From positions 11,160,001-11,224,000 of the forward strand of contig OX597817.1 in the NCBI GenBank assembly GCA_951406725.2: a stretch of 64,000 nucleotides of DNA, in the 5' to 3' direction. The DNA is from Octopus vulgaris. Its lineage: Eukaryota. The notes below the pieces were generated by a model. It was not told where the DNA came from, searched no databases, and saw only the letters and a program-made list of their open reading frames with translations. The position numbers and the translations under genes are program-made. Positions within the stretch are counted from its first letter, which is position 1, and every line of letters begins with the position of its first letter. Shown here one piece after another: positions 39,567 to 55,660 of the stretch.

Positions 39567-39799
39567 AAACTTTTACTTTTTAAAAATTACCATCGTGCTT
39601 ATCAGCACATTGTGTCGAATCTAATTCTTGATCCATTCACCGTTCTATTTTAACACCACATTGCATCAATGAAAAAATAAAGTTCAATGGTGCAGTTTCT
39701 TCAGCACCAGACTTAATTTTCTCTCTACTGTCACGCATGGTTTTTACTGTAAACGTTACAGACTTTAGCGTTCTCAGTTATACAGAAATCCACCCTCAC

Positions 39800-41090
39800 T
39801 TGCTATGCAGACGGTATAAAAGTATCAACCCATAGGTATTAAAGAATTCTGGAGTTGGTAAACTTCTGCTACATGACTGAAATGGGTATAAGTGCACTGA
39901 AGAAAATATGTAATTTAATACTGAAATATTTCAAGGGCCTGCACTATCACCACACAAAGTTAAATGCAATGCACACAAAAGATATTGGACCAGGAGAGAT
40001 TATAGTTCCAGAGACATAATCAGTACGTGATCTATACATTAATGTAAGTAATGGCCCAACTTTCTTTTCATGTGCGTTTTACTAAGATAGCAATGAAATG
40101 TAGAGGGCTAGCCGGATGGCTTCAAAGAACTTTGAAAAGAGGAAAGTAACCCATAATGGTCATGGGGAGAACATTTGCTTTTAGCCATCTAGATTTTTAA
40201 CCCTAATTGAGGTCACGATAACTGCAAATTTGATTGCAGAACTCGAAGTAATCAAACGCTGTTACAAGGAGATTGTCTTAATACAACAGATCAGATACTG
40301 GGAAAAGTTGAAAAAGTTAACACTCTTTTTCCTACAATGAGAACAGGAAAGATATGCTATAATATCATACATGCCTGGAACACCTTGGAAGGACTTGCAC
40401 TAAACTTTAGCATTGAAAGCTATACTAATATAGGCGCAGGAGTGGCTGTGTGGTAAGTAGCTTGTTTACCAACCATATGGCTCCGGGTTCAGTCCCACTG
40501 CGTGGCACCTTGGGCAGGTGTCTTCTACTATAGCCTCGGGCCGACCAAGGCCTTGTGAGTGGATTTGGTAGACGGAAACTGAAAGAAGCCCGTCGTATAT
40601 ATGTATATATATATATGCGTGTGTGTGTTTGTGTGAGTGTGTTTGTCTCCCTAGCATTGCTTGACAACCGAAGCTGGTGTGTTTACGTCCCCGTTACTTA
40701 GCGGTTTGGCAAAAGAGACCGATGGAATAAGTACTGGGCTTACAAAATAATAAGTCCCGGGGTCGACTTGCTCGATTAAAGGCGGTGCTCCAGCATGGCC
40801 GCAGTCAAATGACTGAAACAAGTAAAAGAGTAAAAGAGTAAAAGAGTAAAGAGAGTAATCCCTGTACAGTGCCAAAAACCCGAGTCTTGCCATCCAGATT
40901 TAAGGCCAGATATTGCCCTAGATTAGGGTTCAAACGCCTACATACTTTCAATATTGTACAGAAACACTTAAGACACGGTAAAGACATAAACGATTTCATA
41001 AAGGGCAACTGGACCTTTTACTGCGTAGATATTCAGATGAACCGTCTTCGCACAAAGAAGCACAAGTGACGGCAACAACTTCGAACTCAC
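39800..41090 (+). mobile_element. Degraded CR1-clade LINE 3' part, split by a SINE A insertion
   Basis: Colinear with 9920-10400 (QQIRYWEKLKKL..., ERYAII, FSIESYTN, then TVPK...PSRF...LGFK). Confidence 0.75.
40433..40856 (+). mobile_element. SINE family A, full length
   Basis: Complete head and (gtaaaaga)n tail. Confidence 0.95.
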
Positions 41091-41271
41091 TCACTTACCA
41101 GTAAATTGTAGCCCCAGCATGGCCAGAAATTATAGCCTGAAACAAGTAAAAGGTAAAAGTTAAATGATATGTATGTGTATTTATGTGTGTATATATGTGT
41201 GTGTGTGTGTATAATGAACGCACACATACACGTATACATATGGGTGTGTCTATGTGAATGCATGGTCACGA

Positions 41272-41600
<329 letters not shown>

Positions 41601-41867
41601 ACAGGTGTCTTTGCTTACGCACATTTAGACATCTAGGTGTAGATGTTTGAATGTGCATGTGTTTGAATGTGTATACAGAATGGTATGTATGAACAAATTG
41701 AAGAATTTACGGGTAGGCGTATACATGGATAAATGGACTGGGGTGCGAGCACAAAAAGCTCATAATAGCCAGATAGAAAATAACTGACCATAAAAATACC
41801 AAAAAAAACAAAAAACAGATGGTAATAAAATCGGGAACAGCCCAAACATTTATCCAGCCAATTGAAG

Positions 41868-42648
<781 letters not shown>

Positions 42649-43141
42649 AGTGAGAGAGCAGTTCATGCCATCAAAGTGACACTGGGGTAAAATATACGAA
42701 GCCCAATATACCCATCATGACTACCCGTCTGATAAAGGTACACCAGGCACATGCATCACAGCCATATGTGCGCGACATGGTGATCTCATATCAAGATAAA
42801 CAGCACATGACCTTGCAGGTGGGGCCCAGTTAGAATTTTCTTCAGGTTGAGTAGCCCATCCTGCTCAAACGGTCCCTGAATAAGGGTTGCTTTAGGATGT
42901 TGAACGAAACACCTATGTTTCCAGAGGTGAACCATTCAAACTCCAAAGAATCCCTCTCAACACATGGCCATGATGCTCCCCCACTACTTCTGCTCGTGAT
43001 CAGAGATGCACATATCGTCAGCCACTAAGGGACATGCTCAACTGGTTAAGGTCAAACAACTGACAAGCAAATCTGTGGTATTGAGCAGAATATTTGCTGT
43101 AGCCCATCTTTTATACCAAGACAAAACAATGTACATGATAA

Positions 43142-43142
<1 letters not shown>
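42649..43142. mobile_element. ~490-bp non-coding insert within (TAA)n; probable Dong/R4-associated 3' fragment or non-autonomous partner
   Basis: GC-richer block with sharp boundaries to (TTA)n on both sides; no recognisable ORF. Confidence 0.5.
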
Positions 43143-43183
<41 letters not shown>

Positions 43184-43251
43184 CATCATCATCATCATCA
43201 TCATTATTATTATTATTATTATTATTATCATCATCATCATCATCATCATCA

Positions 43252-43298
<47 letters not shown>

Positions 43299-43569
43299 TT
43301 TATATGCACACGCATTTATGTTTGTATAACGAAAACAAAAACAAAACACCCTTGCATACACTCACACATGTAAACATTCCGTAAACATACACTCTAATTA
43401 TAACTACACACACGCAACATAGTGTAATGTGATACTTAAATGCTTAGAAATACTAGACGCAGAAAGGGAACAACTCACAGTTGCGGAGAAATCATTAAAA
43501 AAACACAGTTGCGATATGAATGACTTTGTAAAACCAATTAATTACTAATTTATAAAATTGGTTACTTTC

Positions 43570-43785
43570 AAATTTCGACACAAGGCTAGCAACTTTAGGG
43601 TAGGGTAAGTCGATTACATCGACCTTAGTTTTCAATTGTTTTTTTTAATTTTTATATCCACTCCGAAATGATGTAAAAAAAAAGAGTGTAGTACCTCGGC
43701 AGCTTTTGAACTCAGAACGTAAAGCCAGAAATACAGTTAAGCATTTTTTCCGGCGTGCTAAACATTATGTGGGTTTGCTGCCTTT
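43570..43785 (-). mobile_element. Old SINE family B-related copy
   Basis: 'taagtcgattacatcgacc', 'acctcggc...ttgaactcagaacgtaa', 'ccggcgtgctaa'. Confidence 0.7.
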
Positions 43786-43800
43786 AATTCATAATAATAC

Positions 43801-43844
<44 letters not shown>

Positions 43845-43999
43845 GCAGATATAAGTTCTTCCAAGTCCATCAATGTCTGTTTCAATTCCATCACCTTCAT
43901 CAACTTCGTCGATTGCTTCCACCATTATCTTCGTCAATTTTCTTAACATTTCTGTCACCATTGACGACTCAAACAGCTCCTTCTTTACAGCCTTTTTAT

Positions 44000-44930
44000 A
44001 TAAATCGACCGACTACCAATTTACCTCAACTTCCCCTTTTCCAACACCAACGAATCCAAACCTTCCATACCTTACTCATAAAATAAAACGTTTTCGCCAA
44101 CACTCGGGATTCTGAGACCAAGTTACACTTGATAATTCTCCAGTTCTTGCGTTGTGAATTACACCAAAATATTGTTGGTAATACCGGTGTTCGCGCCAGT
44201 AACATTGTTCGTATTCCGCACGTGCCACACCCTTAACCATTTCCCCACTCCTCATCTCTCTCTCCTAATACTCTGTCTCTTCAACGGTCCATCTCGCGTA
44301 CCTTTCGCAACTGCGCTACCTTTCTCATCATTTTGAACGAACCTTCTACTGCTTCGAACGGCTCCCTAATTTATTTGACCTTTTAGACCGCAGCTCTTCT
44401 ATTCCTCCTTACAATCAACCTGCAACATTCTTTTGATCTTGAGTCCAGTGCAACACATACCCTTGGATTCAAAACGTCAATATGTTTCTTGGATGCAACC
44501 AAAGTCGCTTCCTTATCACCGACCATTTCATCTACACCACTACAAACGTTATTTTCTGCCTTAAATATCAGTTCTGTGGCCTCTTATATATTATGAACCA
44601 GCCGTCGGTAAGCGGATTGTGACAGGGAAAATTTATGTAAGGTCCGCCTTAAACAATACCATATCACCTGCTAGGTACCACTTAAATATACCCGCACTCA
44701 CTATATCTCACCCCTCAGTCTATATATTATTTCACACCAAAGTTCTGTTTCTCGCTATCAAAAAGAACAGCTCCTCATCTTTTGCCTCGGCTGCTCAACC
44801 CCTTCAGTATATATAACTGTCTCCAACTTCACCACATTCCAAACTCTTGCATTCGTCTTGCCATAGCGCTCCACTCTTCAACTCTACTTATAGTGTATAA
44901 GTGTGGAGTACTATGTCCATACACTATTCC
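44000..44930 (-). mobile_element. Highly degraded RTE/BovB-like LINE relic
   Basis: Purine-rich minus strand with weak resemblance to RT C-terminal and LRW.GHV-type segments; weak call. Confidence 0.35.
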
Positions 44931-45033
44931 ATGCATCTATACATTCACATACATACTGACACATAGGCATGGCTGTTCGCTTCATGTGGCGCAGGCAGAT
45001 ATAGAAACATTGAAATACAATACTCGCTTTACA

Positions 45034-45443
45034 TTTTTACTCTTTTACTTGTTTCAGTCATGTGACTGTGGCCATGCTGGAGCACCGCCTTTAGTCGAGC
45101 AAATCGACCCCAGGACTTATTCTTTGTAAGCCTAGTACTTATTCTATCGGTCACTTTTGCCGAACCGCTAGGTTACGGGGGCGTAAACGCACCAGCATCG
45201 GTTGTCAAGCGATGTTGGAGGGTGGGACAAATACAGACACACAAACACACACACACACAAACACACACATATATATATATATATATATACATATATGACG
45301 GGCTTCTTTCAGTTTCCGTCTACCAAATCCACTCACAAGGCATTGGTTGGCCCGAGGCTATAGTAGAAGACACTTTCCTAAGATGCCACGCAGTGGGAAT
45401 GAACCCGGAACCATGTGGTTCGTAAGCAAGCTACTTACCACAC
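45034..45443 (-). mobile_element. SINE family A
   Basis: Homology to the other A copies. Confidence 0.93.
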
Positions 45444-46567
45444 CATCCCTTTCTAATTCTCTGTTCCAATTCTTCTCTTTCGCTTCCAAGTTTCTCCTCT
45501 CTCCTCAATCACTTTATATTCATATCTCTCTCTCCCTCTCCCCCTCTCTCTCTCCCTGCTTCCTCACTTTTTATTTTCCTCGTTCTCTCTCTATCACCTA
45601 TTTCTCCGCTTACCCTTACTCAGACCAGTTTTCACTCTCTAAACATTGATTAACCTGAAGCTATAGAAGAATATATTAGCTCAAGGTGCTGCATAGAAGA
45701 ACTGAACCCTGAAACCAAGCAATTTTCGAAGGGATTTCAAAGACAACGTGCTTGCTAAGCGAATTTCTTAACCACATAACCATTCTTGTTTACTGAAGAG
45801 CAGGAGCTTGGAACGTTAGAATTTCCCTGAAATGTCACGCTTATTGCTTCTATCGGAAATACTCGACTCGTAGCAGGGTTTCTTCCACATGAGAAGTTGT
45901 CGCCCCCATTTCAGTTGCTTTTTTTTCATCTTTATCTAACATGGGCTTTTGGGTAAAATTGTCTGCATGAGGTAATTGGTGGTTCTTTTCTCATCTGATT
46001 TTGCTCTTTGTCTTAATCAAAGAATTGACAACTAAGAAGACAACAGAACTTTCCATTGCTGTCTATTCTTTGTGATGTTGGTGAATGTTTGACAGAAAAC
46101 CATCAAACTTGAGACTACAAAAAATGTCTACTCTCATCTTTCCACTTTCACATACATTCAGCCGAGTTAATTTGGATTTGTTGGTTTAAAGTCAATTTAG
46201 ATGATGATGATGATTTAGATGTTCAATCAACTCTTAGTGGCAGAGTATTTCAGAGACATATACTCCTACCGTAATTCCCAAACAAAATCAGGATGACAAG
46301 GCAGTACCTCTGAATTGTATATACAATTCAACGGATGAGCTTTTATAGAAATTCTGTTAATTTCATTTGCAGTGTATGGGTGGCTCCGAGGCTATAGAAA
46401 ATTACATTTGCTCAAGATCCCACGCAATAAGATCGAATCCAGGACTTCGTGGTTAACATAAAAGTATCTGGTATACTGAGCAGATAATTCTGTATGGTCA
46501 GTATATATTGTATGGTTGTATTACTCTTTAGCCCCAGGTCAGTCTTTACCGAGCCAACGTATTACAT

Positions 46568-46803
46568 ACTCTACTCTTTTTTACTCTTTTACTTGTTTCA
46601 GTCATTTGACTGCGGCCATGCTGGAGCACCGCCTTTAGTCGAGCAAATCGACCCCGGGACTTATTCTTTGTAAGCCCAGTACTTATTCTATCGGTCTCTT
46701 TTGGTCGGCCCGGGGCTATAGGAGAAGACACTTGCCCAAGATGCCACGCAGTGGGACTGAACCCGGAACCATGTGGTTGGTTAGCAAGCTACTTACCACA
46801 CAG
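46568..46803 (-). mobile_element. SINE family A with internal deletion
   Basis: 'cggtctcttttg' is joined directly to 'gtcggcccgggg'; the middle part is missing. Confidence 0.92.
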
Positions 46804-46996
46804 TGCGTTCCCAATATATTTCAGACAGACACAGAATATTTAGGATTGCATCGTCATATATAGCTTTCCGTTTATAAGACGGTAGAGAAATTTGACTACT
46901 ACTTCTACCAGGCTATGATACCACTTAGGTAGTCCCTTGTTGGCTTGCTTACACTAACAGTATAAATTTAGTGATAAAGTCTTCATCTCCATGTGG

Positions 46997-47119
46997 ATGG
47001 AAGCACTCCGTCGGTTACGACGATGAGGGTTCCGGTTGACCCGAATCAACGGAACAGCCTGCTCGTGAAATTAACGTGTAAGTGGCTGAGCACTCCACAG
47101 ACATGTGCACCCTTAACGT
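46997..47119 (-). mobile_element. SINE group C tail type 2 fragment
   Basis: Matches 33291-33412. Confidence 0.9.
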
Positions 47120-47330
47120 ATGATAGATCGTTAGCCACTACACGCATTTTTTCTCTCCTTTTTTTCTCTCCTTTTTTCTCTCCTTGTTTTTTCTGTGTCC
47201 CTTTCTGTAGAAGAGCGTAGGCTCGAAACGTAAAATACTTTTTCTATTCCTGAGCATTATACTAATACATCTGTTTGTTTTGTATACCACCTGTCATCGT
47301 TTTTTGCTTTTTTCGTAAACTCTCCCTATA
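47120..47330 (+). mobile_element. PLE-type terminal fragment with minimal HHR-like motif at 47202-47235
   Basis: TTT-CTGTAGA-A-GAGC-gtag-GCTC-GAAAC-GTA-AAA; ends in (TA)n. Confidence 0.55.
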
Positions 47331-47760
47331 TATATATATATATATATATATGCACATATATATATATGTATACACACACACACACACATATACACATAAG
47401 CCGGTGTTGAAAGAGGGTGTTCTTTCCTAGGAACATTTATCCAAGCATACACCGGTTAAGCTCTATATCAATTAACGGTACTGGAAATTGCACATGCGCA
47501 TATGCACTAGTGTTTATCGTTGGTTCTTCTTGGATATTAGTACCTTACACTTCTGAAATTTCAGGTGTCGCTATAGATGTGTCCATATTTTTGATATATG
47601 TATGTATGTGTGCATACATACATGTAATATATATGTGCATACACACATATGTATATAATTATGTCTATATATCTGTACATATATACATATGTGTGTGTCT
47701 GCGCAAGTATTTATGTACGTCTGCACTCACACGCGTACACACACATATGCACACACACAC

Positions 47761-47988
47761 GCTGAGAAACGTTTGCATGCAGGGCGAAATGCTTAGCAGT
47801 ATTTCGTCTGCCGCCACGTTCTGAGTTCAAATTCCGCCGAGGTTGACTTTGCCTTTCATCCTTTCGGGGTCGATTTAATAAGTACCAGTTACGCACTAGG
47901 GTCGATATAATCGACTTAATCAGTTTGTCTGTCCTTGTTTGTCCCCTCTGTGTTTAGCCCCTTGTGGGTAGTAAAGAAATAGGTATTT
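47761..47988 (+). mobile_element. SINE family B
   Basis: Homology; ends in 'aggtattt', the start of a next unit. Confidence 0.9.
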
Positions 47989-48167
47989 AACTCCAGACCA
48001 TTAACTAAACATATTTATGGGACCAAGCTGTATCATCTTTGACCATTATATCTTTTTGTATATCGAACTCTCTACTGTCCAATCTGCCTTTCGTTTGATA
48101 AGAAGATGAGGTGATTTTAAGGAATTTGGTTCACTCTTTTAGCAAATCGAAAAACCACAAACTCACC

Positions 48168-48333
48168 TTCTGAGTTCAAATTCCGCCGAGGTCGACTTTG
48201 CCTTTCATCCTTTCGGGGTCGATTTAATAAGTACCAGTTACGCACTAGGGTCGATATAATCGACTTAATCAGTTTGTCTGTCCTTGTTTGTCCCCTCTGT
48301 GTGTAGCCCCTTGTGGGCAGTAAAGAAATAAGA
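48168..48333 (+). mobile_element. SINE family B partial, near-identical to the copy ~350 bp upstream
   Basis: Shares private variants 'gatttaataag', 'gcactaggg' and 'aatcagtttg'. Confidence 0.9.
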
Positions 48334-48443
48334 AAGGTCTGCGCGCGGCATAACTTCTGTATGTGTGCGTATCTACGAATGTGTGCGTTTGTGTATCTTA
48401 ATATCTATCAGTGAGAGTCGTATCACACATTCTAGACGAAATT

Positions 48444-49666
48444 ATACACACACATGTACGCTCACACACGCCACATGTTCACACATATGCAAGTGCACAC
48501 ACACGCACATGCGCATGCACACAAACAAATAAATACACACACACGCATACCCACGCGCATATATGCACACACACACATATACATACACATACGCAAACGC
48601 ACACACGCATATACACACGCAAATATTCACTCATGCATACACACATACACAAACACTCACACACAAATACACATGCATATACGCACACACACAAATACAC
48701 ATGCGCAAATACGCACACGCAAATACACACTAATGCATACACACATACGCGCATATACACACATAAACATACACAAATACATACGTGCACATGCACAAAT
48801 ACACACACACAAATACACATGCATACACGCGCACGCACCTATACACACATTCGCAAATACACACACGCATACACACACGCATACACACATACACGCATAT
48901 ACACACACACATACACACACGCACATACACACGCACATACATAAACGCTCACACACAAATACACATGCATATACGCACACGCATGTATACACACGCATAC
49001 GCAAATACACACACATACACACACACATACACACATACACAAATACACACGTGCACATACACAACCGCTCACAAAAATACGCGCACGCATATATGCACAC
49101 ATATACACACACATACGCAAATACACACACGTATACACACATGCAAATATATACTCACTCTTACACACATAAATACAGGCATACAAACATACACAAATAC
49201 ACACACGCACATTCACAAACGTTCACACTACATGCATATACGCACACTCACATATACACACATACGCAAATACACACTCACGCTTACACACATACACGTA
49301 CATACACACACATACAAATATACACAAATACACACACGCACATGCATAAACGCTCACACAAATACACACACGCATATACGCACAGACACGCAAATACACA
49401 CACGCATACACACACGCAAATACATACACGCATACACACATATACGCACATACACACACACATACAAACACACACAAATACACACACGCATACACACACG
49501 CAAATACACTCTCACCCATACACATACAAACACACACACAAATATACACACTCACACACACACACGCGCACACACATGCACGTACACACACATACGCAAA
49601 TACATACCCGCATACACACAAGCAAATACACTCTCACCCATACACATACACACACAAATATACACA

Positions 49667-49718
<52 letters not shown>

Positions 49719-49739
49719 CACGTACACACACACTCACAC

Positions 49740-49778
<39 letters not shown>

Positions 49779-49795
49779 CACGTACACACACACAT
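48444..49795. repeat. 1.35-kb degenerate (CA)-rich cryptic minisatellite
   Basis: Recurring 'cacatacgcaaatacacac' motifs grading into pure (CA)n. Confidence 0.92.
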
Positions 49796-49984
49796 GTTCT
49801 CTCTTATAGAGTCGTAAGTATTCAGCCCCCAGAGTTTATTAAGTAATAGTTTTGAACTGAGGAAACATTTTTATTTACCGCAAATATTTCTATGAAGAAA
49901 TTCCACTCGTGAGATTCTGTCTTGGAGAATGAAAAGCACAGGAGGAACGGGGCTGGTCTGGGTGGTGTGGGGTGGGGCTCTTGA

Positions 49985-50560
49985 CGATGATGGCTGATCA
50001 CGATGACGACGACGATGGTGATGATGACGATGGTGATGGTGATTGTGATGATGAGTGCTGCTGATGGTGATGATGACGACGATGATGATGATGATGATGA
50101 TGGTGATGATGACGACGACGACGATGATAATGATGGTGATGGTGATGGTGATGATGATGATGACGACGACGACGATGATGATGATGGTAATGATGATGGT
50201 GATGGTGATGATGGGTGCTACTGATGGTGATGACGACGACGACGATGATGATGGTGATTGTGATGATGGCTGCTGCTGATGCTGATGATAACGACTACGA
50301 TGATGATGATGATGACGATGATGATGATGATGATGACGATGATGATGATGATGATGACGATGATGATGATGATGATGGTGATTGTGTTGTTAGTTGTGGT
50401 GGTATTGTTGCTGATGATGATACGGTGGTGGTGGTGGTGGTGGTGCTTGATGGCGTTTGATTTTCATGTTGCTAGTGATGATGATGATTATGTTAATGAT
50501 GATGATGATGACGATGAGGAAGACGACGACGATGATGATGAAGACGATGACGTTCAGGAC
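49985..50560. repeat. (GAT/GAC/GGT)n low-complexity tract
   Basis: Direct reading. Confidence 0.92.
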
Positions 50561-50819
50561 GACAGCTATAGTAATGTCAGATGCGACATCTACGACGATG
50601 ATGCTCATGTTGAGGGCGAACCTACGGACTTTGTCTTGGAAGTTCTTCACAGACTCAACTGTAACTGTGTAATTGTTCTTGATGTTGTTATTTGCGATGA
50701 TGATGCTACTCATTACTGCTGAGTACAACCAGGAGATGGTGATGTTGTTGGTGGTGATGGCTTAGGTTTTTATAGAAAACTATAGTTACTGTTCATAGTT
50801 ATACTATTGTTATTATTAG

Positions 50820-51148
50820 TGAAGTTGCGTGGCTTAGTGGTTAGGGGCATTCGTCTCACGATCGGAAGGTCGTGAGCTCAATTCCCGGCGTCGCGTTGTA
50901 TGCTTGAGCAAGACACTTTAATTCACGTTGCTCCAGTCCACGCAGCAGGCAAAAATGAGTATTACCTGTATTTCAAAGGGTCAGCCTTATCACACTCCGT
51001 GTCACGCGGAGTCTTCCTGGGAACTACACCAAGGGTACTACACCTGTCTGTGGAGTGCTCAGCCACTTGCACGTTAATTTTCCCGAGCAAGCTGTTCCCG
51101 TTGATCGTATCAGCCGGGACCCTCGTCGTCGTAACCGACGGAGTGCTC
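50820..51148 (+). mobile_element. SINE group C (short CORE-like head, tail type 2)
   Basis: 'gcgtggcttagtggttaggg...ttgagcaagacacttt...gttgctccagtccac...cgtaaccgacggagtgct'. Confidence 0.9.
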
Positions 51149-51540
51149 CTCCTCCTCCTCCTACTACTATTGTTATTTTTGCTTCTGTCAGTGCTGGTAG
51201 AGGTGGTGGCTGGCAATGGTAGTGGTGGTGGTGGTGGTGGTGGTGGTGATGGTACGAGGGAGGATATATGCAGAACGGGTGAACCAAAAAGGGCGAGGAA
51301 TAATGGCGTGTCGTGAGATTTTATTACATAGTATTCATATTTACATAGTTACATATTCATGTGTGTGTGTGTGTGTGTGTGTGCGTGTGTGTGTATGTGT
51401 GTGTATGTGTGCGTGTGTGTATGTCTGTGCGCATGTTTCTGTGTGTGTGTGTGTGAGCGTGAGTGCCAGTGTGTATGTGTGTAGGTGTGCGCGTGTGTTT
51501 ATTATATGTGTATATATGTATATATTTATGTGTGCATACA

Positions 51541-51579
<39 letters not shown>

Positions 51580-51769
51580 GTATATGTATATATATTTAAT
51601 GTATATATACAAAGAGAAAGAGAGAGATAGCGAGAGAAAGGAGAGAGAGGTAGAAATGTATATATATACATATGTATATATTCATATAGAAATGTGTGTG
51701 CATATATATATGTATATAAATATATGTATATAAATGTATATACATATAAATATATAAATACATACTTGT

Positions 51770-51814
<45 letters not shown>

Positions 51815-52306
51815 AATAAATGCATACACACATACATACATACATATGTATGTATGTATGTATGTATATATACATATACACACAGACACACACACACACA
51901 CACACTCACATATATATATATATATATATATAGACATGCATAGACAGAATCCGCACATATATGTTTATATGACACATTCAGTGTGCCTTTGGCCCCTTAT
52001 GTCAGTTAAGGGTGGGGTTGCAGAGGCTAGGATAAGGGAGTATTTCTCGGGTGTAGGCTCTAAGTATTACGGCAAAGAACATAAGATTCCAGTTTATATT
52101 CAATCCGCAGACTGTAACCTTTATCTTGAGAATTTCTAAGGTAGCTGTAAAATTAAGGTTTCCCACGCTGACAGATAGGCGCAGACAACTAAAAACACGT
52201 GAAGTTTTAGAAGAGACGAGCAGAGGAGAAGAGAAAGTTCGACTTCAGATTTACAAAGAGTGAAAATAAACCATGGTCAAAGAGACCAAAAGCACGCATA
52301 CGCGCT

Positions 52307-52735
<429 letters not shown>

Positions 52736-52761
52736 AAACCCACTAATATACTACTGTAAAG

Positions 52762-52931
52762 GTATTTCTTTACTGCCCCCAAGGGGCTAAACATAAGAGG
52801 GGACGATAAACAAGGACAGACAAAGGGATTAAGTCGATTACATCGATACCCAGTTGGAAACTGGTACTTTATTTATCGACCCCGAATTGATGAAAGGCAA
52901 AGTCGACCTCGGCGGAATTTGAACTCAGAAC
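52762..52931 (-). mobile_element. SINE family B, head-less
   Basis: Homology to the B unit. Confidence 0.88.
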
Positions 52932-53091
52932 GACGCCCATACTGGTGCTGGCATGGGTGTGCGTCTCCCATCCACATGGTTCCGGCTTCAGTGCCATTGC
53001 ATGTCACTTTTAGACAGTGCCTTAACTATAGCTTTGGGCCGACTAAAGCCTTGTGAGAGGAATTCTTTGTCGGTTGTAAGACGGGCTTAAA

Positions 53092-53409
<318 letters not shown>

Positions 53410-53743
53410 GTATATATATATATGCTGGAGTTGAACTAGGGACAGCTGATGAAGGGGATTTTCCTTGTGTAGTATGTCTTGTACTCTGTTTTTTTCGTTT
53501 AGGTCCGTTTCCACGTTTGTTTTTACGTTTTCGTTTCTCGTTGAGTTTTACGTCTATTTGTGGTGTCCTGTACTCACGTATATATATTTATATATGCATG
53601 TATATATACATGTAGATGTAGGTACATACATATATGTATGTATGTGTGCATATATTTTATTTATTACACTATTGTATGACTGAGTGCCCTCGCGTCGATT
53701 CGATTCGTTTTCGTTTCGATTCATCTCCTCCAAGTAAGTTTTG

Positions 53744-53781
<38 letters not shown>

Positions 53782-54045
53782 CAAATAAGAAAATGGAGAA
53801 ACAGTTTAGTTTGTTCATCAACTTTCGGATATTAGAATGTTGAATTATTTATTCATTGAACAAAATGAGGACCTTAATAGCATACATATATACGTTATAA
53901 GTCAATACATATAAGATAAGAATACAAATTATAAAAGGCATAATATAAATTATTGAAATCATTAAAATCACTCCTTTACCAACAGTATATTGGATAAATA
54001 CTATCCCTTAGTGGGTTGCACCCACAACCCCTAACTTACTTTGTG

Positions 54046-54113
<68 letters not shown>

Positions 54114-54120
54114 GTATTTA

Positions 54121-55660
54121 AAAAAGGAGATGTCGAACACGAGTTGTGATATATAAAAAAGGAAATGAAGAAAATGCTGACAAGATAATTGAAGTAATTT
54201 AAGTAATTTAATTAGGTGAAAGTTCTTTTTACCGGTTGCGGATTTGTTATGCTTATCAAAATATAAAAGAGAGATTAGAGTTCCTTTCTGATAATTTTTT
54301 TCCTCTTATCTGACTTTATGTTGGGTTTGCTGTCTCTTATATGTGAAAAAAAGAGGCTCCAGAGTTGTTTTGGATTTGCTTGGTTTCGCGCCTAAAATTT
54401 CTTGTGGACAATGGTCAATACAATTTTGATTGGTCATTATGAAGGGGTCACGTGAATGTTTGAATGGAAGTTGGTGTTGGGGTAAGAAAAAATTTCTTAT
54501 TGGCCATAATAAAGAGGTCACGTGGATGTGGTCACGTGAATGTTTAGAATTTTCGAAAATAGCGTTGTTGAAAATTCTTATTGTTCAGGCTGGTCAGTAG
54601 ACGTCATGTGGATATTTTAAATAGCTTTTTAGCGCGTAGTTAGGGAGTGTATTTTCCGCTTGACTGAATTTGAGCTGGATAAGTAAGTTCGTTTAGGACA
54701 GGGAGAGCTGTATGTATGTATGTATGTGTGTGTGCGCGCGCGCGTGTGTGTGTTTATATGTATGTTGGGGCGCGCGCGCGTGTATATATGTGTGCGTGTG
54801 TGGGTACAATTTTCAATATTTATAGTTCTGCTGGCCTTGTGCCTGTATCGGGAAGCAACGTATTTGTGTGAAGTCAATATTTACAGTCATTTCCAAAAAA
54901 TAGTGTTGGATGTTTTGCACCCGTATTCAATTATGTGTATGTGTGGAACCATATATTTGCGTGTGTCATGGTGTTAATATCTGGGTAATGGTGTGTGTAG
55001 GGTGTGTGCAGGTGTAAGTGTGTTTGTTGTGGGTTCGTGTTAGGGGCATGTGTTTAGAAGTGGTCTGTATTTATTAATAAGGTGGGATTCCATGGTTATT
55101 CGCTGGGTATGAGTGGCATTGTCTTTAAATTTGTAGAGGGGAAAGATTCTAAAATTGGGATGGAGTTGTGCGGCACAGGTATCAATATGTGCACTAAATG
55201 CTATTTTTCTATATTCCTGTATTTTTATTTGGGATCTGTGGACAGTCATGCGTTGGCGGAGGCTATTTTTAGTTTGGCCTATGTAGTGTTCATTACAGCC
55301 CGAGCAAGTTAAGACATATACTAGGTTTTCTGATGCGCATGTGAAGTTGTGTTTTACTGTGAAACGTTGTCCTTGTTTAAAAAGGAATTCCGGAACTTCT
55401 ATTAGGTTGATGCATATACCACAGTTGGGTCTATTGCATTTGTTTACTGTGGGTTTAGTTGTTGTGGTTGGCAGTACTTTGGTATTTGTTAGGATGGTTT
55501 TCAATGATTTGGGTTGCCTTTTGCTCTTTATGATTTCGTGTGTTAGGAGGATTTGGTTCATTCTATGGTCCTTTTTTAATACAGGAATGTTCTGGAGGAT
55601 GGTTTTGAATGAAGCTTTTGACACCATCCTCAATTATCTTGTCAGCATTTTCTTCATTTC

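Noticed and set aside
50279-50722. Acidic ORF that could be a host exon
   Set aside because: It derives from a decaying (GAT)n tract; no recognisable domain or supported splice structure.
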